A stretch of DNA of 64,000 nt. Origin: an uncultured delta proteobacterium. Its GTDB lineage: Bacteria > Desulfobacterota > Binatia > Binatales > Binataceae. The stretch spans positions 224,001 through 288,000 of the forward strand of contig CAVRVY010000001.1 in the NCBI GenBank assembly GCA_963724765.1. The letters are read 5' to 3'. A model generated the notes under the pieces. It was given only the letters and a program-made list of their open reading frames with translations, was not told where the DNA came from and ran no database searches. This document shows, piece by piece, positions 1 through 10,228 of this stretch (its first letter is position 1; every line of letters starts with the position of its first letter). The position numbers were made by a program, and so were the translations under genes.

Positions 1-1184
1 TCGGTAGCGGGCTGGCCCGTTATGAGGCAGGCTCCTCGCTGCGCAAAGTGACTTGCCACGAGCCTTAGCTGCTCGCGGCTGATGTCGACCTCGCGAAACC
101 TGGTTGGCAAGCCCAGTTTTGCGAGCAGCGTTTGTAGTTTGTCTGTGAGGCTGTTCGATGCAGTTTGGTCCGGCGCGTCTCGCGGAACTATCCCAAGGGA
201 GCGGGCTACCTCCGCCTGACGAGCCAGCACTTCGGGCTCTCGCGCTGCCGTCCAGCGCATACTGGCCGGTAACGTCACGCAAGCGGTGAGTCCGTAGGGT
301 AGGCGGCACAGCGCTGCGAGTTCATACGCCAATGCATGGCTGGGAAGGGCCGGAGTTGCGGGCCTTAGAGGTTGTGTATGAATCGGCGAGTGGTCGGCGA
401 GCCAGGCCGCTATTTGGCAGCGCAGGCGGGTTTCCAAATTGTCAGGCGCCTGCAGAGTGCGGGGCAGATTGGTAAACAACACCCGCAGCGCGGAAAGTTT
501 CATTGCATCCCCCACCAGATGCGGCGGGAAGCCGCAAAGGACCTCCAGCGTATGATCGATTGCCATGATTCCTGAACTCAACCACAGCGCCATGGGTGTG
601 TGGACAGTAGCGGTGGGGTCGTACATGACGACGCGACTGGCCACTGCCGAAGCTGTGTATGAGCGCTTGACGCCCACTTCAAAGTCGGTGGCGCTGAAGC
701 TGCGAGTATACTCTGAACCTGAAAGAGTAGTGGGAATGCTTATTTGCGGAATGAGCGTCACTGCCAACGGCTCGCGGCGTTCCATGAACGATCCAAGTAG
801 CCGCGAACTATTAAGATTAGCGGCCAGGCAGGTGCGGACGGCTTTTCCAGCGTCGATTACGCTGCCCCCGCCCATCGCAATAACTAGGTCGGCATTGCAG
901 CGGCGTGCGGCGACAACAGCGTCAATTACAATTTCAAGTGGAACATGCTCGAAAGCGGCCGTGAAGCTCGCCGCGAGCCGCTTTCCAAGAATCGCCGATG
1001 CTCGCTGAAACGGTGACTGGCCTTTCAGGGAGCGTGGCGCGAGTAACAAAACCCGCTGGCCGTCAAGGCGTTCGACTTCCGATTCGAGATGCTCGTCTAC
1101 CGTCCTCGCACCATATAGTATTCGTTCGACAGTAGGCACGAACTGAATCATGCCTGTGAGCTGATCGTGCGAGTCTATATTCAT
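1..1184 (-). CDS. Iron-containing alcohol dehydrogenase / maleylacetate reductase family (runs off the window's left edge)
   Basis: Not in the ORF track; translated manually from ATG 1184: MNIDSHDQLTGMIQFVPTVERILYG...VIAMGGGSVIDAGKAV...IPTTLSGSEY. GGGSxxD and PTT are Fe-ADH motifs. Confidence 0.85.
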   Translation of the reverse strand, partial: MNIDSHDQLTGMIQFVPTVERILYGARTVDEHLESEVERLDGQRVLLLAPRSLKGQSPFQRASAILGKRLAASFTAAFEHVPLEIVIDAVVAARRCNADLVIAMGGGSVIDAGKAVRTCLAANLNSSRLLGSFMERREPLAVTLIPQISIPTTLSGSEYTRSFSATDFEVGVKRSYTASAVASRVVMYDPTATVHTPMALWLSSGIMAIDHTLEVLCGFPPHLVGDAMKLSALRVLFTNLPRTLQAPDNLETRLRCQIAAWLADHSPIHTQPLRPATPALPSHALAYELAALCRLPYGLTACVTLPASMRWTAAREPEVLARQAEVARSLGIVPRDAPDQTASNSLTDKLQTLLAKLGLPTRFREVDISREQLRLVASHFAQRGACLITGQPAT

Positions 1185-1588
1185 CACTGAGACTGGACAG
1201 GCTGCCGGCTATCGCCCGGGCGATTACCAGAATCCGAAATGGCCGAAGGGCGATAGAACAGGCAACCAGAGAGACCTGGCCAGACTTGACTACGCACGAA
1301 AACTAGACACCCACGTAAAGTTTCAGGGACTCCCGCGCTTGATATCTGCTGCGTGGTCGCGTTACCCGAGAGTCTGATGAACGACTATGAGAAATGAGCG
1401 CTGGACGGCGAGACGCCGTCCAGCGCTGCATCCCCGACCGCTGCCTCCCCCGCGCACCTAGCGGTATCTCCGAACTACTCACTGCCGTTGTCGAGCCGAA
1501 CATTCCGCGCACAGACATGCGTGTCAGGTTGAGTTGTCCAGGCTTTGATGGTTTCGGCGGTTTCCGCAACATGGACATTTCGCCTAGA

Positions 1589-1786
1589 TTAGATTCGCTT
1601 CGCCGGACCTACCGGTAAACAGACTCCCCTTCTCCTGCCCTCTGCGTTCCAGCCTAGGGACCCCTCATTGGTCCGTTCCAGCAGAGCGCGTGCTTCGACT
1701 TCGCTGCGTCGATGATCCCGGCGAAGATGCTCGATAACCCCATATTCAGCTCTTACCCAGCAGAGCGGACATTGTCTCGTTTCCAT
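1589..1786 (-). CDS. Small C2H2-type zinc-finger-like protein (65 aa)
   Basis: METRQCPLCWVRAEYGVIEHLRRDH has C-x2-C...H-x4-H. Strong RBS GAGGAGG before ATG 1786. The paralogous start at 18170 is cut by IS21. Confidence 0.6.
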   Translation of the reverse strand: METRQCPLCWVRAEYGVIEHLRRDHRRSEVEARALLERTNEGSLGWNAEGRRRGVCLPVGPAKRI

Positions 1787-2192
1787 GTGAGCCCTCCTCG
1801 ACCGAGCCGCCGTGAACGCCATTCGCGCCAATGCTTTCGCTGGAGACTCGCGAGTCTTCTGCGACAATGCGTAAGTCATTCACCGGAGCAGGCTTCTCCG
1901 GCGTTCGCAGGCGAGAAGTTGGCACGAACCGTGGGCGATCGTTGCCCTTCACAGTGATGTCGCGGAGCTCAAGACGCCTCATCGGCGCAGTGATAAGGCC
2001 GACTTTCACGGGCGGATCAGTGCGATGTCGGCCAGGCGAAAAAGATTCAAACCTGACCTCTACAAGCGGCAGGCCGTACGTAGTTTCGATCTTTTCCACC
2101 GTTCCCGGCCACCAACGGCCCTTACCAAACCAGACAATCCACACCCAAACGGGTGCTGCAAGTTTCAGCTCCTTAACATCGGATGGTTTCAT
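1746..2192 (-). CDS. Hypothetical protein with SH3/Tudor/PWWP-like N-terminal signature
   Basis: LKLAAPVWVW..GRWWPGTVEKI..VEVRF pattern. A diverged paralog at 18172-18573 supports coding status. Confidence 0.65.
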   Translation of the reverse strand: MKPSDVKELKLAAPVWVWIVWFGKGRWWPGTVEKIETTYGLPLVEVRFESFSPGRHRTDPPVKVGLITAPMRRLELRDITVKGNDRPRFVPTSRLRTPEKPAPVNDLRIVAEDSRVSSESIGANGVHGGSVEEGSHGNETMSALLGKS

Positions 2193-2246
2193 CGACTCTC
2201 CGGAACCCGGATACCAGTGGGCACGTTGACTAACGCGACCTTCTGT

Positions 2247-4016
2247 TCAGAGCTCGAGTGCGGCGGCAAGTGTCTCACGCTGGACTTCAAGTTCCCGAGG
2301 CAGATCGGCATTGATCCGATCGAAGAATTCTTCCTGTAAACGAAGCTCAGCGACCCACTCTTCAGGTTTTACCGCGAGCGCTCCGTCCAGCCGCGCCGCG
2401 GTAATATCCAACCCTGCAAGATCCAAGTCCAGCTTGTGAGGAATGAGACCAACAGCGGTTTGCGCGGCGCCGACACGGCCATGCACACGGTCGGCAATCC
2501 ACTTCAAAACCCTCATGTTCTCGCCGTAACCCGGCCAGAGAAATGAATTGTCTCGATCCTTTCGGAACCAGTTGACCATGAAGATCTTGGGTGGATGGGC
2601 AAGCTTGCTGTGCATCCCGAACCAGTGACTGATGTAATCGGCGACGTTGTAGCCACAGAAGGGAAGCATCGCCATCGGATCGCGGCGCACAACGCCGACC
2701 TTACCGCTCGCTGCTGCGGTAGTCTCCGAGCCCATCGTCGCGCCTAGGTATACGCCGTGGGCCCAATCAAATGACTCAAGCACCAGGGGAATCGTAGTGG
2801 CCCGACGGCCGCCGAAAATGATCGCCGAAATAGGCACTCCTTCAGGCGAGTCTGCATACGGCGTGTATGCGGGATTGTTCGTCATGGGGCAGGTGAAACG
2901 GCTGTTGGGGTGGGCAGCGGGGCGGCCCGACTCCCCTGTCCAAGGGTTTCCTCGCCAGTCAACGATACCCGAGGGAGGTTCGGTTTCGATGCCTTCCCAC
3001 CACACGTCATTGTCTGGAGTTAGCGCGACGTTGGTGAATATCGTGTCGCTCCGGATCATTTCCGTCGCGTTGAGATTAGAGCGCGCGCTGGTTCCGGGGG
3101 CGACCCCGAAATAACCGGCCTCAGGATTGATAGCCCACAGACGTCCATCTCGACCCACCCGCATCCAGGCGATATCGTCTCCGACGGTAAATATGCGCCA
3201 ACCTTTGAAAGGGGCCGGGGGCGTGAGCATCGCCAGGTTGGTCTTGCCGCACGCACTCGGAAAAGCTGCCGCTATATAGGTGACTTCTCCCTGCGGGCTC
3301 TCGAGCCCCAATATCAGCATGTGCTCGGCAAGCCATCCTTCTTTGCGACCTAGATAGCTGGCAATTCGCAGGCCGAAGCACTTCTTGCTCAACAGGGCGT
3401 TGCCGCCGTAGTTGCTTCCCACCGACCAAACCATGTTGTCCTGCGGAAAGTGACATATCAGCCGTCTGTTTGGATCACAGTCGAGAGTGCAATGCATGCC
3501 CCGCTGAAAATCGTCAGTTGTGCGTAGCAGATCACTCGCTACGCTTCCCATCCGGGTCATGATTCGAAGGCTCAGAACCACATAGAGACTATCGGTCAAC
3601 TGCACTCCGACTTTCGCCAAAGGAGACCCCACCGGTCCGAGCACGTAGGGCACCCCGTACATCGTCCGGCCTTTGTACGCACCTTCAAGCCAACTTTTGA
3701 GCTTTCGCCGGGTCTCGCCCGGATCCATCCAATTGTTTGTCGGCCCAGCTTCATCCCGAGTGGGCGTGCAAACGTAGGTCAGCTCCTCAGTGCGCGAGAC
3801 ATCGCTTGGATGCGAGCGATGAAGATAACAACCGGGGCGCCTGCGTTGGTCGAGTGGCATCAGCACGCCAGTAGCGACCGCCTGCGCCGTCAGACGACGT
3901 TTCTCTTCTTCGGAACCGTCGCACCAGATCATGTTTTTGGCCTGGGTCAACGACGCCATCTCATTCACCCAAGCGTCCAGAGGCGTAAGGCCGTTCCGAT
4001 CCTTTCGCCTCTTCAT
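2247..4016 (-). CDS. pckG: Phosphoenolpyruvate carboxykinase (GTP)
   Basis: 589 aa; motifs YGGNALL.KK, WLAEHM, AAFPSACGKTNLAM, VGDDIAW, HPNSRF, RRDPMAM. Confidence 0.97.
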   Translation of the reverse strand: MKRRKDRNGLTPLDAWVNEMASLTQAKNMIWCDGSEEEKRRLTAQAVATGVLMPLDQRRRPGCYLHRSHPSDVSRTEELTYVCTPTRDEAGPTNNWMDPGETRRKLKSWLEGAYKGRTMYGVPYVLGPVGSPLAKVGVQLTDSLYVVLSLRIMTRMGSVASDLLRTTDDFQRGMHCTLDCDPNRRLICHFPQDNMVWSVGSNYGGNALLSKKCFGLRIASYLGRKEGWLAEHMLILGLESPQGEVTYIAAAFPSACGKTNLAMLTPPAPFKGWRIFTVGDDIAWMRVGRDGRLWAINPEAGYFGVAPGTSARSNLNATEMIRSDTIFTNVALTPDNDVWWEGIETEPPSGIVDWRGNPWTGESGRPAAHPNSRFTCPMTNNPAYTPYADSPEGVPISAIIFGGRRATTIPLVLESFDWAHGVYLGATMGSETTAAASGKVGVVRRDPMAMLPFCGYNVADYISHWFGMHSKLAHPPKIFMVNWFRKDRDNSFLWPGYGENMRVLKWIADRVHGRVGAAQTAVGLIPHKLDLDLAGLDITAARLDGALAVKPEEWVAELRLQEEFFDRINADLPRELEVQRETLAAALEL

Positions 4017-4765
4017 GATGCGATCGACCTCTTTTGGAAAGCGGGAAACAGGTTTCTCTCAACTCCGCACAGAACTTCGAAGATCGCTGTGGCATCCGGC
4101 GCTTCGAGCAATGCCTGCGTCGCTTCGGCTCGCGCGAACATCTGCGACAGCTTCGCCAGCCACGGCAAATGCAGCTCGTGGAACTTCAGGCCGAGGACGA
4201 AAAAGAGATGCGTAGCCTTGCCGTCTAATGCGTCGAAGTCGACTCCATGCGCGGACCTTCCCAACACCATGAACGGTCTCACGACGTGCTCCGGATGGCG
4301 GTACATCGTATGCAGGAACGCAACGCCATTACCGACCGCGCTCGGCATGATGTTCTCGCGTTCGATAAGGGCGTGGACGAACCAGGTCTCGTCATCAACC
4401 AAGCCAAGACGACTGGCCAACGCAGCGAGCTCTTCAACCACGCCAAGCTTGGTGGTCGCGACGAGTTCGGGGACGATGTGGCTCGGCTGAAAGCACCTCT
4501 CGAGCGCAAGCATCCGTTGCGGCGCAGACGGTGCGCCTCGCACTTCAAAACGGCGCGGGGCGACGCCAAGCATCTGGTCGTCGAGCCAGGTATCAATCAT
4601 CGCCTTGCGAAAGCGCCATTGATTGCCGATTTTGACGCCTGGGACATCTCCTTCCGACACGAGCTTGAGAAGTGTGCGCTCATTGACGCTCAAGTATGCG
4701 GCCAGTTCCTTAAGAGTCAGGAGCCTATCGTCAGAAGGTCTAACTGTTTTCAAGAAGTTTGACAT
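4013..4765 (-). CDS. Excisionase-type HTH fused to PTS EIIA (Ntr/Fru-type) domain
   Basis: N-terminal LTLKELAAYL..PGVKIGNQWRF (HTH_17); C-terminal ERE..PSAVGNGVAFLH..GVDFDALDG..HLFF. ATGA overlap with pckG. Confidence 0.9.
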   Translation of the reverse strand: MSNFLKTVRPSDDRLLTLKELAAYLSVNERTLLKLVSEGDVPGVKIGNQWRFRKAMIDTWLDDQMLGVAPRRFEVRGAPSAPQRMLALERCFQPSHIVPELVATTKLGVVEELAALASRLGLVDDETWFVHALIERENIMPSAVGNGVAFLHTMYRHPEHVVRPFMVLGRSAHGVDFDALDGKATHLFFVLGLKFHELHLPWLAKLSQMFARAEATQALLEAPDATAIFEVLCGVERNLFPAFQKRSIAS

Positions 4766-4819
4766 CGGTTAGAATTTACGCCATTTTACCCAATAGTTCA
4801 ATATTGGCGGAGAATTACA

Positions 4820-5197
4820 TTGTTTTACGAGCTTTACGTCAAAAGCAAGCGCCCGCGCCGCGCTCACAAGAGCTGCAGAGTCGCGTTCACGCCTGTGGAA
4901 AAGCGACACCTGTCCGGCGAGATATTCCGCGGAACGAAACTCGACTGGTTGGACTTTTCTGGAGCCTACCTCCAAGGGGCGCGGTTCGAGAGCGCTTCAC
5001 TGTGCGGCTGTGACTTCTCCGGGGCGGACTTGAGGGGAACTGTGTTCTGGGACTGCGATCTTCGGTGGGCTCGTTTTAACCGCTCGGTTTTTGGAGATAA
5101 CTCCTTTAAGCACAGCTGGTTGACCGGGGCGGAGGGCATTACTCGTTCTCTATTTGAATATATCCGCGCACGTGGAGGGCATTTCGCTTACTGCTAG
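4820..5197 (+). CDS. Pentapeptide repeat protein
   Basis: Repeats LDFSG-AYLQG-ARFES-ASLCG-CDFSG-ADLRG-TVFWD-CDLRW-ARFNR. Start codon uncertain. Confidence 0.8.
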   Translation: MFYELYVKSKRPRRAHKSCRVAFTPVEKRHLSGEIFRGTKLDWLDFSGAYLQGARFESASLCGCDFSGADLRGTVFWDCDLRWARFNRSVFGDNSFKHSWLTGAEGITRSLFEYIRARGGHFAYC

Positions 5198-5216
5198 CGA
5201 AACTGACGGTGCCGCA

Positions 5217-5702
5217 ATGAGTTGGGAAGGACCTCATAAGATTAGTGACTATCTTGGCAACGTAGCGCGCAGCCCGGGGAAGCGTCCGCCTGAAAGGCCA
5301 GGCGTTTATATAGTGTCCGAAAATCCATGGCGCGACGTGCCCACGCGTGACGATAACATCTTGTACGTTGGACAGGCCGCATACCTCCGATACCACGTGG
5401 GACGACTAATCTCCGATCTGCTCGGGTTCACGGGTGACAATCCGTCGCCGGAGGAAGCCTACCAACACAAGGGTGGTCACTCGCTGTGGTCACATTACTG
5501 CCTGCCACGCAAAATCGAGCCCAGCCGGCTATACCTTGGGTGGTGCTCGGCATGTATTTGTGTGGCCTGTGCAGAAACCAAGCTGCTCGAAATGATGATT
5601 ACTGGCCCCCACCGAGTTCGGATCTGTGCTGCGCACCGGCCGGCTTTGGACCTCAGCCAAAACTGCCGAGTGTCCTCCGCAGAAATTGTCGGCGTGACTT
5701 GA
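5217..5702 (+). CDS. GIY-YIG nuclease superfamily-like protein
   Basis: PERPGVYIV...ILYVGQA..LR motif pair, later conserved E (AETKL), Cys-rich C-terminus. Confidence 0.6.
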   Translation: MSWEGPHKISDYLGNVARSPGKRPPERPGVYIVSENPWRDVPTRDDNILYVGQAAYLRYHVGRLISDLLGFTGDNPSPEEAYQHKGGHSLWSHYCLPRKIEPSRLYLGWCSACICVACAETKLLEMMITGPHRVRICAAHRPALDLSQNCRVSSAEIVGVT

Positions 5703-5760
5703 AACGCGTTAAATTGCGACCAATTTGAAGGAGGAGACCGAAATCAAGGACCATTGGTCC

Positions 5761-6841
5761 ATGATGGACTCCTGCCTGCTTTGGCTGAACCTGTTTGCCG
5801 ATTTGCTCCGCTTTTTGGTTCTTAGTTTACGATCCAAAAGGTCGCTCGCGGCCGAGAATCTCTTCCTGCGCGAACAGCTCGCGTTTCTACCAGGATCGCA
5901 GAATCAACCCCCGACGGACCTCCCATCCAACCCGCTTGACCCTCCTGTGGCTCAGCCGCCGGTTCAATTGGCGAAGCGCGTTGACCGTCGTGACGCCCAA
6001 AACCTTCATCGGTTGGTAGCGCAAGGGCTTCCAGCTTTTCTGGCGTCGGAAATGCCAATCTGGCCGGCCGCGGATTCCGCCGGAGCTCCAACGTCTGATC
6101 TGCAAGATGGCTCGCGAGAACCCCTCGTGGGGCGGGGAGCGAATTGCAAACGAGTTGTTGCTGAAACTGGGCCTCCGCGTGTCGCCGCGCACGATCCGTA
6201 AATATCTGCCAGAGTTGCCGGCCGCACCAGCCGGCAACCCTCGCCGCGCTCAGCGTTGGTCAACCTTTCTCAAGAATCACGCCGACGCCATCATCGCCTG
6301 TGACTTCTGCGTCGTAGCGAGCGCCACTTTTCGGATTCTTTACGTGCTCGTGGTCATGGAACATGCTTCACGCCGAATTATTCACGTCAACGTGACTGCC
6401 CATCCGACCGCAGCCTGGACCCTCCAACACCTGCGTGAAGCCATCCCCTCAGACCACATGTACCGTTTTATCCTTTATGACCGCGACGCGATCTTCTCCT
6501 GGGATTCGATGCTTCGGTAGCGGGCATGGGCCTTGAAGTCATCGAAACACCCGCGCGGAGCCCGAAGGCGAATTCGCTCTGCGAAAGGCTAATCGGGACA
6601 CTCCGGCGTGAGTGTCTGGATTGGATTATTCCCTTGACCGAGGAGCATCTTCGAAAAACTCTGCGATCGTGGCTCGCGCATTACAATCGAGGTCGACCAC
6701 ACTCATCCAGTTCCAACGCCAGAGGCACCGTTTCGACCGATCGAGCCGAGTCGTGGCGCACTCCGTACTGAACGGACTTCACCACGAATATAGCCTCCTG
6801 GCCCGCGCGGCATGAGGGTTGTTGAGTTTTTGCGGACGACA
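5761..6841 (+). pseudogene. Degraded rve integrase-core (IS481/IS3-like) transposase
   Basis: Fragments across frames: LAAENLFLREQLA; MARENPSWG..RI..ELLKLG; ACDF; DRDAIF; CERLIGTLRRECLD; HYNRGRPH; LNGLHHEY. Contains frameshifts and stops. Confidence 0.9.
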
Positions 6842-6957
6842 AATATGTTAGCGCTTGCGATACCCTGCCATCGCGTGATTAAGGCCGACGGCTCGATCTC
6901 CGGCTATCGCTGGGGCGTTGCCCTTAAGCGCCGATTTCTCCAGATGGAGACTCCGGG

Positions 6958-7379
6958 ATGAGCACCATGGCTCCCAGCAATCTGGTGATGGCGGTCGATT
7001 GGCCCGCGGTGGGTCGCCAATCTCGATGCTCAGGGCTGGGTTGTAGTGTCCGGTCTACTAACAGACTCGGAATGCGACAGTATTGCCAATCTCTATACAT
7101 GTGGCGAAGGGTTCCGCAGTCATGTCGTGATGGCACGGCATGGCTTCGGACAGGGAGAATATCGTTATTTCGCCTATCCCCTTCCACGCTTGGTTCAAGG
7201 GTTGCGGACTGCCCTTTATCCGCACCTCGCTTCTGTGGCGAACCGCTGGTACGAGCGCATGGCCCTGGAGATACGCTTTCCTGCCACGCATGCCGCTTTC
7301 CTCGATCGCTCTCTTCGCCGATTCAAGGGAAGCTCGGCGAGCCGGCATGCGCGCCTGTAAACTCTGCCGGCCATCATGA
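6958..7379 (+). pseudogene. Truncated, frameshifted DUF2086-type 2OG-Fe(II) oxygenase joined to an Ada zinc-domain remnant
   Basis: FRSHVVMARHGFGQGEYRYFAYPLP..ANRW..FPATHAAFL, then an abrupt switch to EARRAGMRACKLCRP in another frame. Confidence 0.7.
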
Positions 7380-7471
7380 AAAAGTTAGATGGGAATCCCG
7401 CTCAGCGATTTCACATCAGGGGGCAGCGTGGGGTTCTAGTAACAAAGAACACCACGTTGGAGGTATTTACG

Positions 7472-7939
7472 ATGAGCTTCAGAATTACCGGTCTGCCAGT
7501 CGAACAATTCGCGCCGCTGTTTGATCTCTCGGATGAAGAGCTCGAGAAGCGGCACATAGTCCGAAACATCGCTGACGAACAGATGATAGTTCCCTGTCGC
7601 GTCAATCTCACGGACTCGAAACCCGGCGACGAGTTGTTGCTTCTCAACTACGAACATCATTTCGCCGATTCGCCCTACCGCATGCGCTTTGCCATCTTCG
7701 TTCGAAGGGGTGAGGAGACGTACGATGAAGTGGACAAGATCCCCGAACAATTGCGTTCACGAATGTTGGCAGTGCGCGCGTTCGATGCCAAGGTTATGCT
7801 GCTCGCCTTTGAACTAGTTGATGGCCGCGAGCTCGAGTCTGCGATTGAGCGAGTCTTCAACAATCAAGCAGCGGCCTATCTGCATGTCCATTATGCTGCG
7901 CCCGGCTGCTACGCGGCCCGCATCGACCGGGTCGCCTAA
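7472..7939 (+). CDS. DUF1203 family protein
   Basis: PCRVNLTD..LLLNYEH..SPYR..IFVR..YLHVHYAAPGCYAARIDR; RBS GGAGG before ATG 7472. Confidence 0.88.
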   Translation: MSFRITGLPVEQFAPLFDLSDEELEKRHIVRNIADEQMIVPCRVNLTDSKPGDELLLLNYEHHFADSPYRMRFAIFVRRGEETYDEVDKIPEQLRSRMLAVRAFDAKVMLLAFELVDGRELESAIERVFNNQAAAYLHVHYAAPGCYAARIDRVA

Positions 7940-8016
7940 CACAAAATCAACTGGGAGAGCGGAATTACCTACCGGGGCAACCCGAAATCCTACAAGAGGA
8001 GCCCAAAGGAGCCCAA

Positions 8017-8466
8017 ATGAGTAAAGAAATTGACAACAAGGCTATCGTTAGTCGCTGGTTCACCGAATTCTGGGGCAAGAGCTGCGATCTCAGAGTGGTA
8101 GACGAACTCGCAGCGCCCGACATGCTGCTGCAATACTCACTGCACGAGCCGCGTCGTGGCCGTGAGGACGTCAAGGCGTTCATGATCGGATTTCGCGAGG
8201 CGTTTCCGGATCTGAATTTCTGGGGCACGGCCGATCTTATCGCCGAGGGCGACTATGTGGTTGGCCAATGGGAAGGTGGCGGTACACACACCGGTCCGGC
8301 TTTCAGCGACTTTCTCATCGGATCGTTGCCGGCGGCGACTGGACGGAAGATGCATTTCACTGGGACCACCGTACTTCGCGTCAAAGGTGGCAAAATCGCG
8401 GAGGAGATCGGTTTGGACGACGGTGTGACCGCCCTACAACAGCTCGGCCTAATCCGTAAAGTTTGA
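8017..8466 (+). CDS. SnoaL-like ester cyclase
   Basis: NKAIV.RW..EFW..VVDEL..FREAFPDL..IAEGDYVV..GTHTG..TGRKM..GKIAE. Confidence 0.92.
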   Translation: MSKEIDNKAIVSRWFTEFWGKSCDLRVVDELAAPDMLLQYSLHEPRRGREDVKAFMIGFREAFPDLNFWGTADLIAEGDYVVGQWEGGGTHTGPAFSDFLIGSLPAATGRKMHFTGTTVLRVKGGKIAEEIGLDDGVTALQQLGLIRKV

Positions 8467-8471
8467 TCGAG

Positions 8472-8507
8472 AAAGGGCCGCTGCCGACTTATAGGTAGCG
8501 GCCTTTT
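8472..8507 (+). terminator. Intrinsic terminator
   Basis: Stem GGCCGCTGCC/GGTAGCGGCC followed by TTTT, directly after the stop codon. Confidence 0.7.
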
Positions 8508-8586
8508 CCGTCCGGACCCAATCATTACGCGACACGCGCGCCCCGACGGCCTGACGGGTGCCAGCCATGGCGGTTGCGAGCCCATT

Positions 8587-8780
8587 CGGCCCTAGAGTCG
8601 CCGGCATGCTCGTGCTCATATCTGCTGTTGTTTCCTTGCTTGTCTTTCGGTTCCCCAGCTGTGCAGATTTAGAGCTTGAGTTCGTCGCCCTCCGCCACCA
8701 GTTAACGGTTCTCCGTCGCCAGCGGCCTGGCCGTCCCCGACTCTCCTTCATCGATCGCTTCTGTGGGTCTGGGCTGTCCT
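8587..8780 (+). pseudogene. N-terminal fragment of an integrase-core transposase
   Basis: LELEFVALRHQLTVLRRQRPGRPRLSFIDR; the similarity then ends. Confidence 0.75.
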
Positions 8781-9583
8781 ACTCAAAATTCGATCGACAG
8801 GCAAATTCCGTCAGCGAGCAGATCCTGATCGATGAAGTTCAACCCAGCGCGCTGAACCCCGAGCGACGATCTTATCCGCGAACGGCCCCTCAGCGAGTCG
8901 GTTTCTCGTTTGGAAAATGAGGGTCCGGCACCTTTTGCGAATAGGGGCGCGCTTTGATCAACGCCGAGCCCCGAGGCCAAAGCGGATCAGGCGGCGAGCC
9001 GTTCGTAGCAATGGTGCAGACCGCCGACTTGCGGAATCGCGATCACCTTGCCGCGTGTTGGCGCATGGGCGGGGCGAGGACACGGGCAGTCTTTGTCCAG
9101 CGACGGATGGGTCTACGACACTGACCCCTTAGAAGCTCGGTAAAAGCCAGGACACATCGGCAGCGCGAACCACCCAACGCGGCTCACGATGCCGAGCTCG
9201 CGGTGCATAACCTGATCGACGTGTTTGAAGGGACGGCGGCCGCGGCATTGCGCCAGCCCGGCGTGCGAATGCGCTGAGCCATCGTCATGTTGGCAGCCTG
9301 TCACAATCACCTGAGCGCGCGAACGTCGCGAGCGATCTAAGGACTTTCATCGACGCCAATTGCTCATTCATCTACCAAATCTTCTCTTATACTTGACGTG
9401 ATGGGCAATGTATGCTTTATTGGTCCTATATTAGTCCCGCGGTCGCCGCGCGGCACGAGAACCCGCGCGCTCCTCGTCAATACGGCGGGAGCGCCATTGC
9501 AACCCATGCGCCCGCGCGCTCTCCAAATTGGAGGCATCGCGCCGCCTGGTCTGTGAGGTCGCGGCGCGCGCGGAGGGGAGACG

Positions 9584-9952
9584 ATGAAATTCAACGACCA
9601 AGAACTGGCTACGGTCCTTGCAGCGTTGCGCGTCTTTCAGAACTTGGACGACACCGACCGCGCCGCAATGGATCAGTTCTCCGACGAAGACCCGCTCACC
9701 GACGAAAAAATCGACGCGCTGGCAGAGCGGCTTAACATGGACGAGGCCGCCACTGTCGACGCGCTGGATGCGCTCGACGCAATCGCGACGGCTTTCGACC
9801 AGGCGCGTAATCGCGCCGGCAACCTGCAAGCTACGTTGGAAAGCGGCAACGCGCTCCGCGAGCTGGCGCTGCGGTACAAGGTCGGCGGTTCCCAGGACCC
9901 GATAGAACAGGTCGTGCAGGTCGCGCACGCGATCCTCAAACTCTATGTCTAG
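9584..9952 (+). CDS. Hypothetical acidic helical protein
   Basis: RBS GGAGGGGAG, GC3-rich codon pattern; no family recognised. Confidence 0.6.
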   Translation: MKFNDQELATVLAALRVFQNLDDTDRAAMDQFSDEDPLTDEKIDALAERLNMDEAATVDALDALDAIATAFDQARNRAGNLQATLESGNALRELALRYKVGGSQDPIEQVVQVAHAILKLYV

Positions 9953-9959
9953 TGCAGTC

Positions 9960-10228
9960 CCCATCCGCCCAAGTGACGGTTACCTATCCATGCAACCTCA
10001 AACACGGAGCGTCCATGGACGAACGATATCGCTGAAATCGAGCGCCGCCTGGTCCACGCCGTGGGACCGAACACTTTCGAGCATCTCTGCGTTGCGCTCC
10101 TTCAATTGGAGCACCCGGAACATGTCTGCGCCCACGTCGGAGGAAGCGGCGACGGCGGCGTTGACGGTATCGGCGCTGATGCTACTGAGAAGGTCGTCGG
10201 GTTGCTGCAATGCAAGTGGGCCTATCGG
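9960..10228 (+). pseudogene. Mrr-like restriction endonuclease catalytic-domain fragment
   Basis: FEHLCVALL..HVGGSGDGGVDG..LLQCKW fits the Mrr_cat D..QxK pattern. Truncated where the RT fragment begins. Confidence 0.65.
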
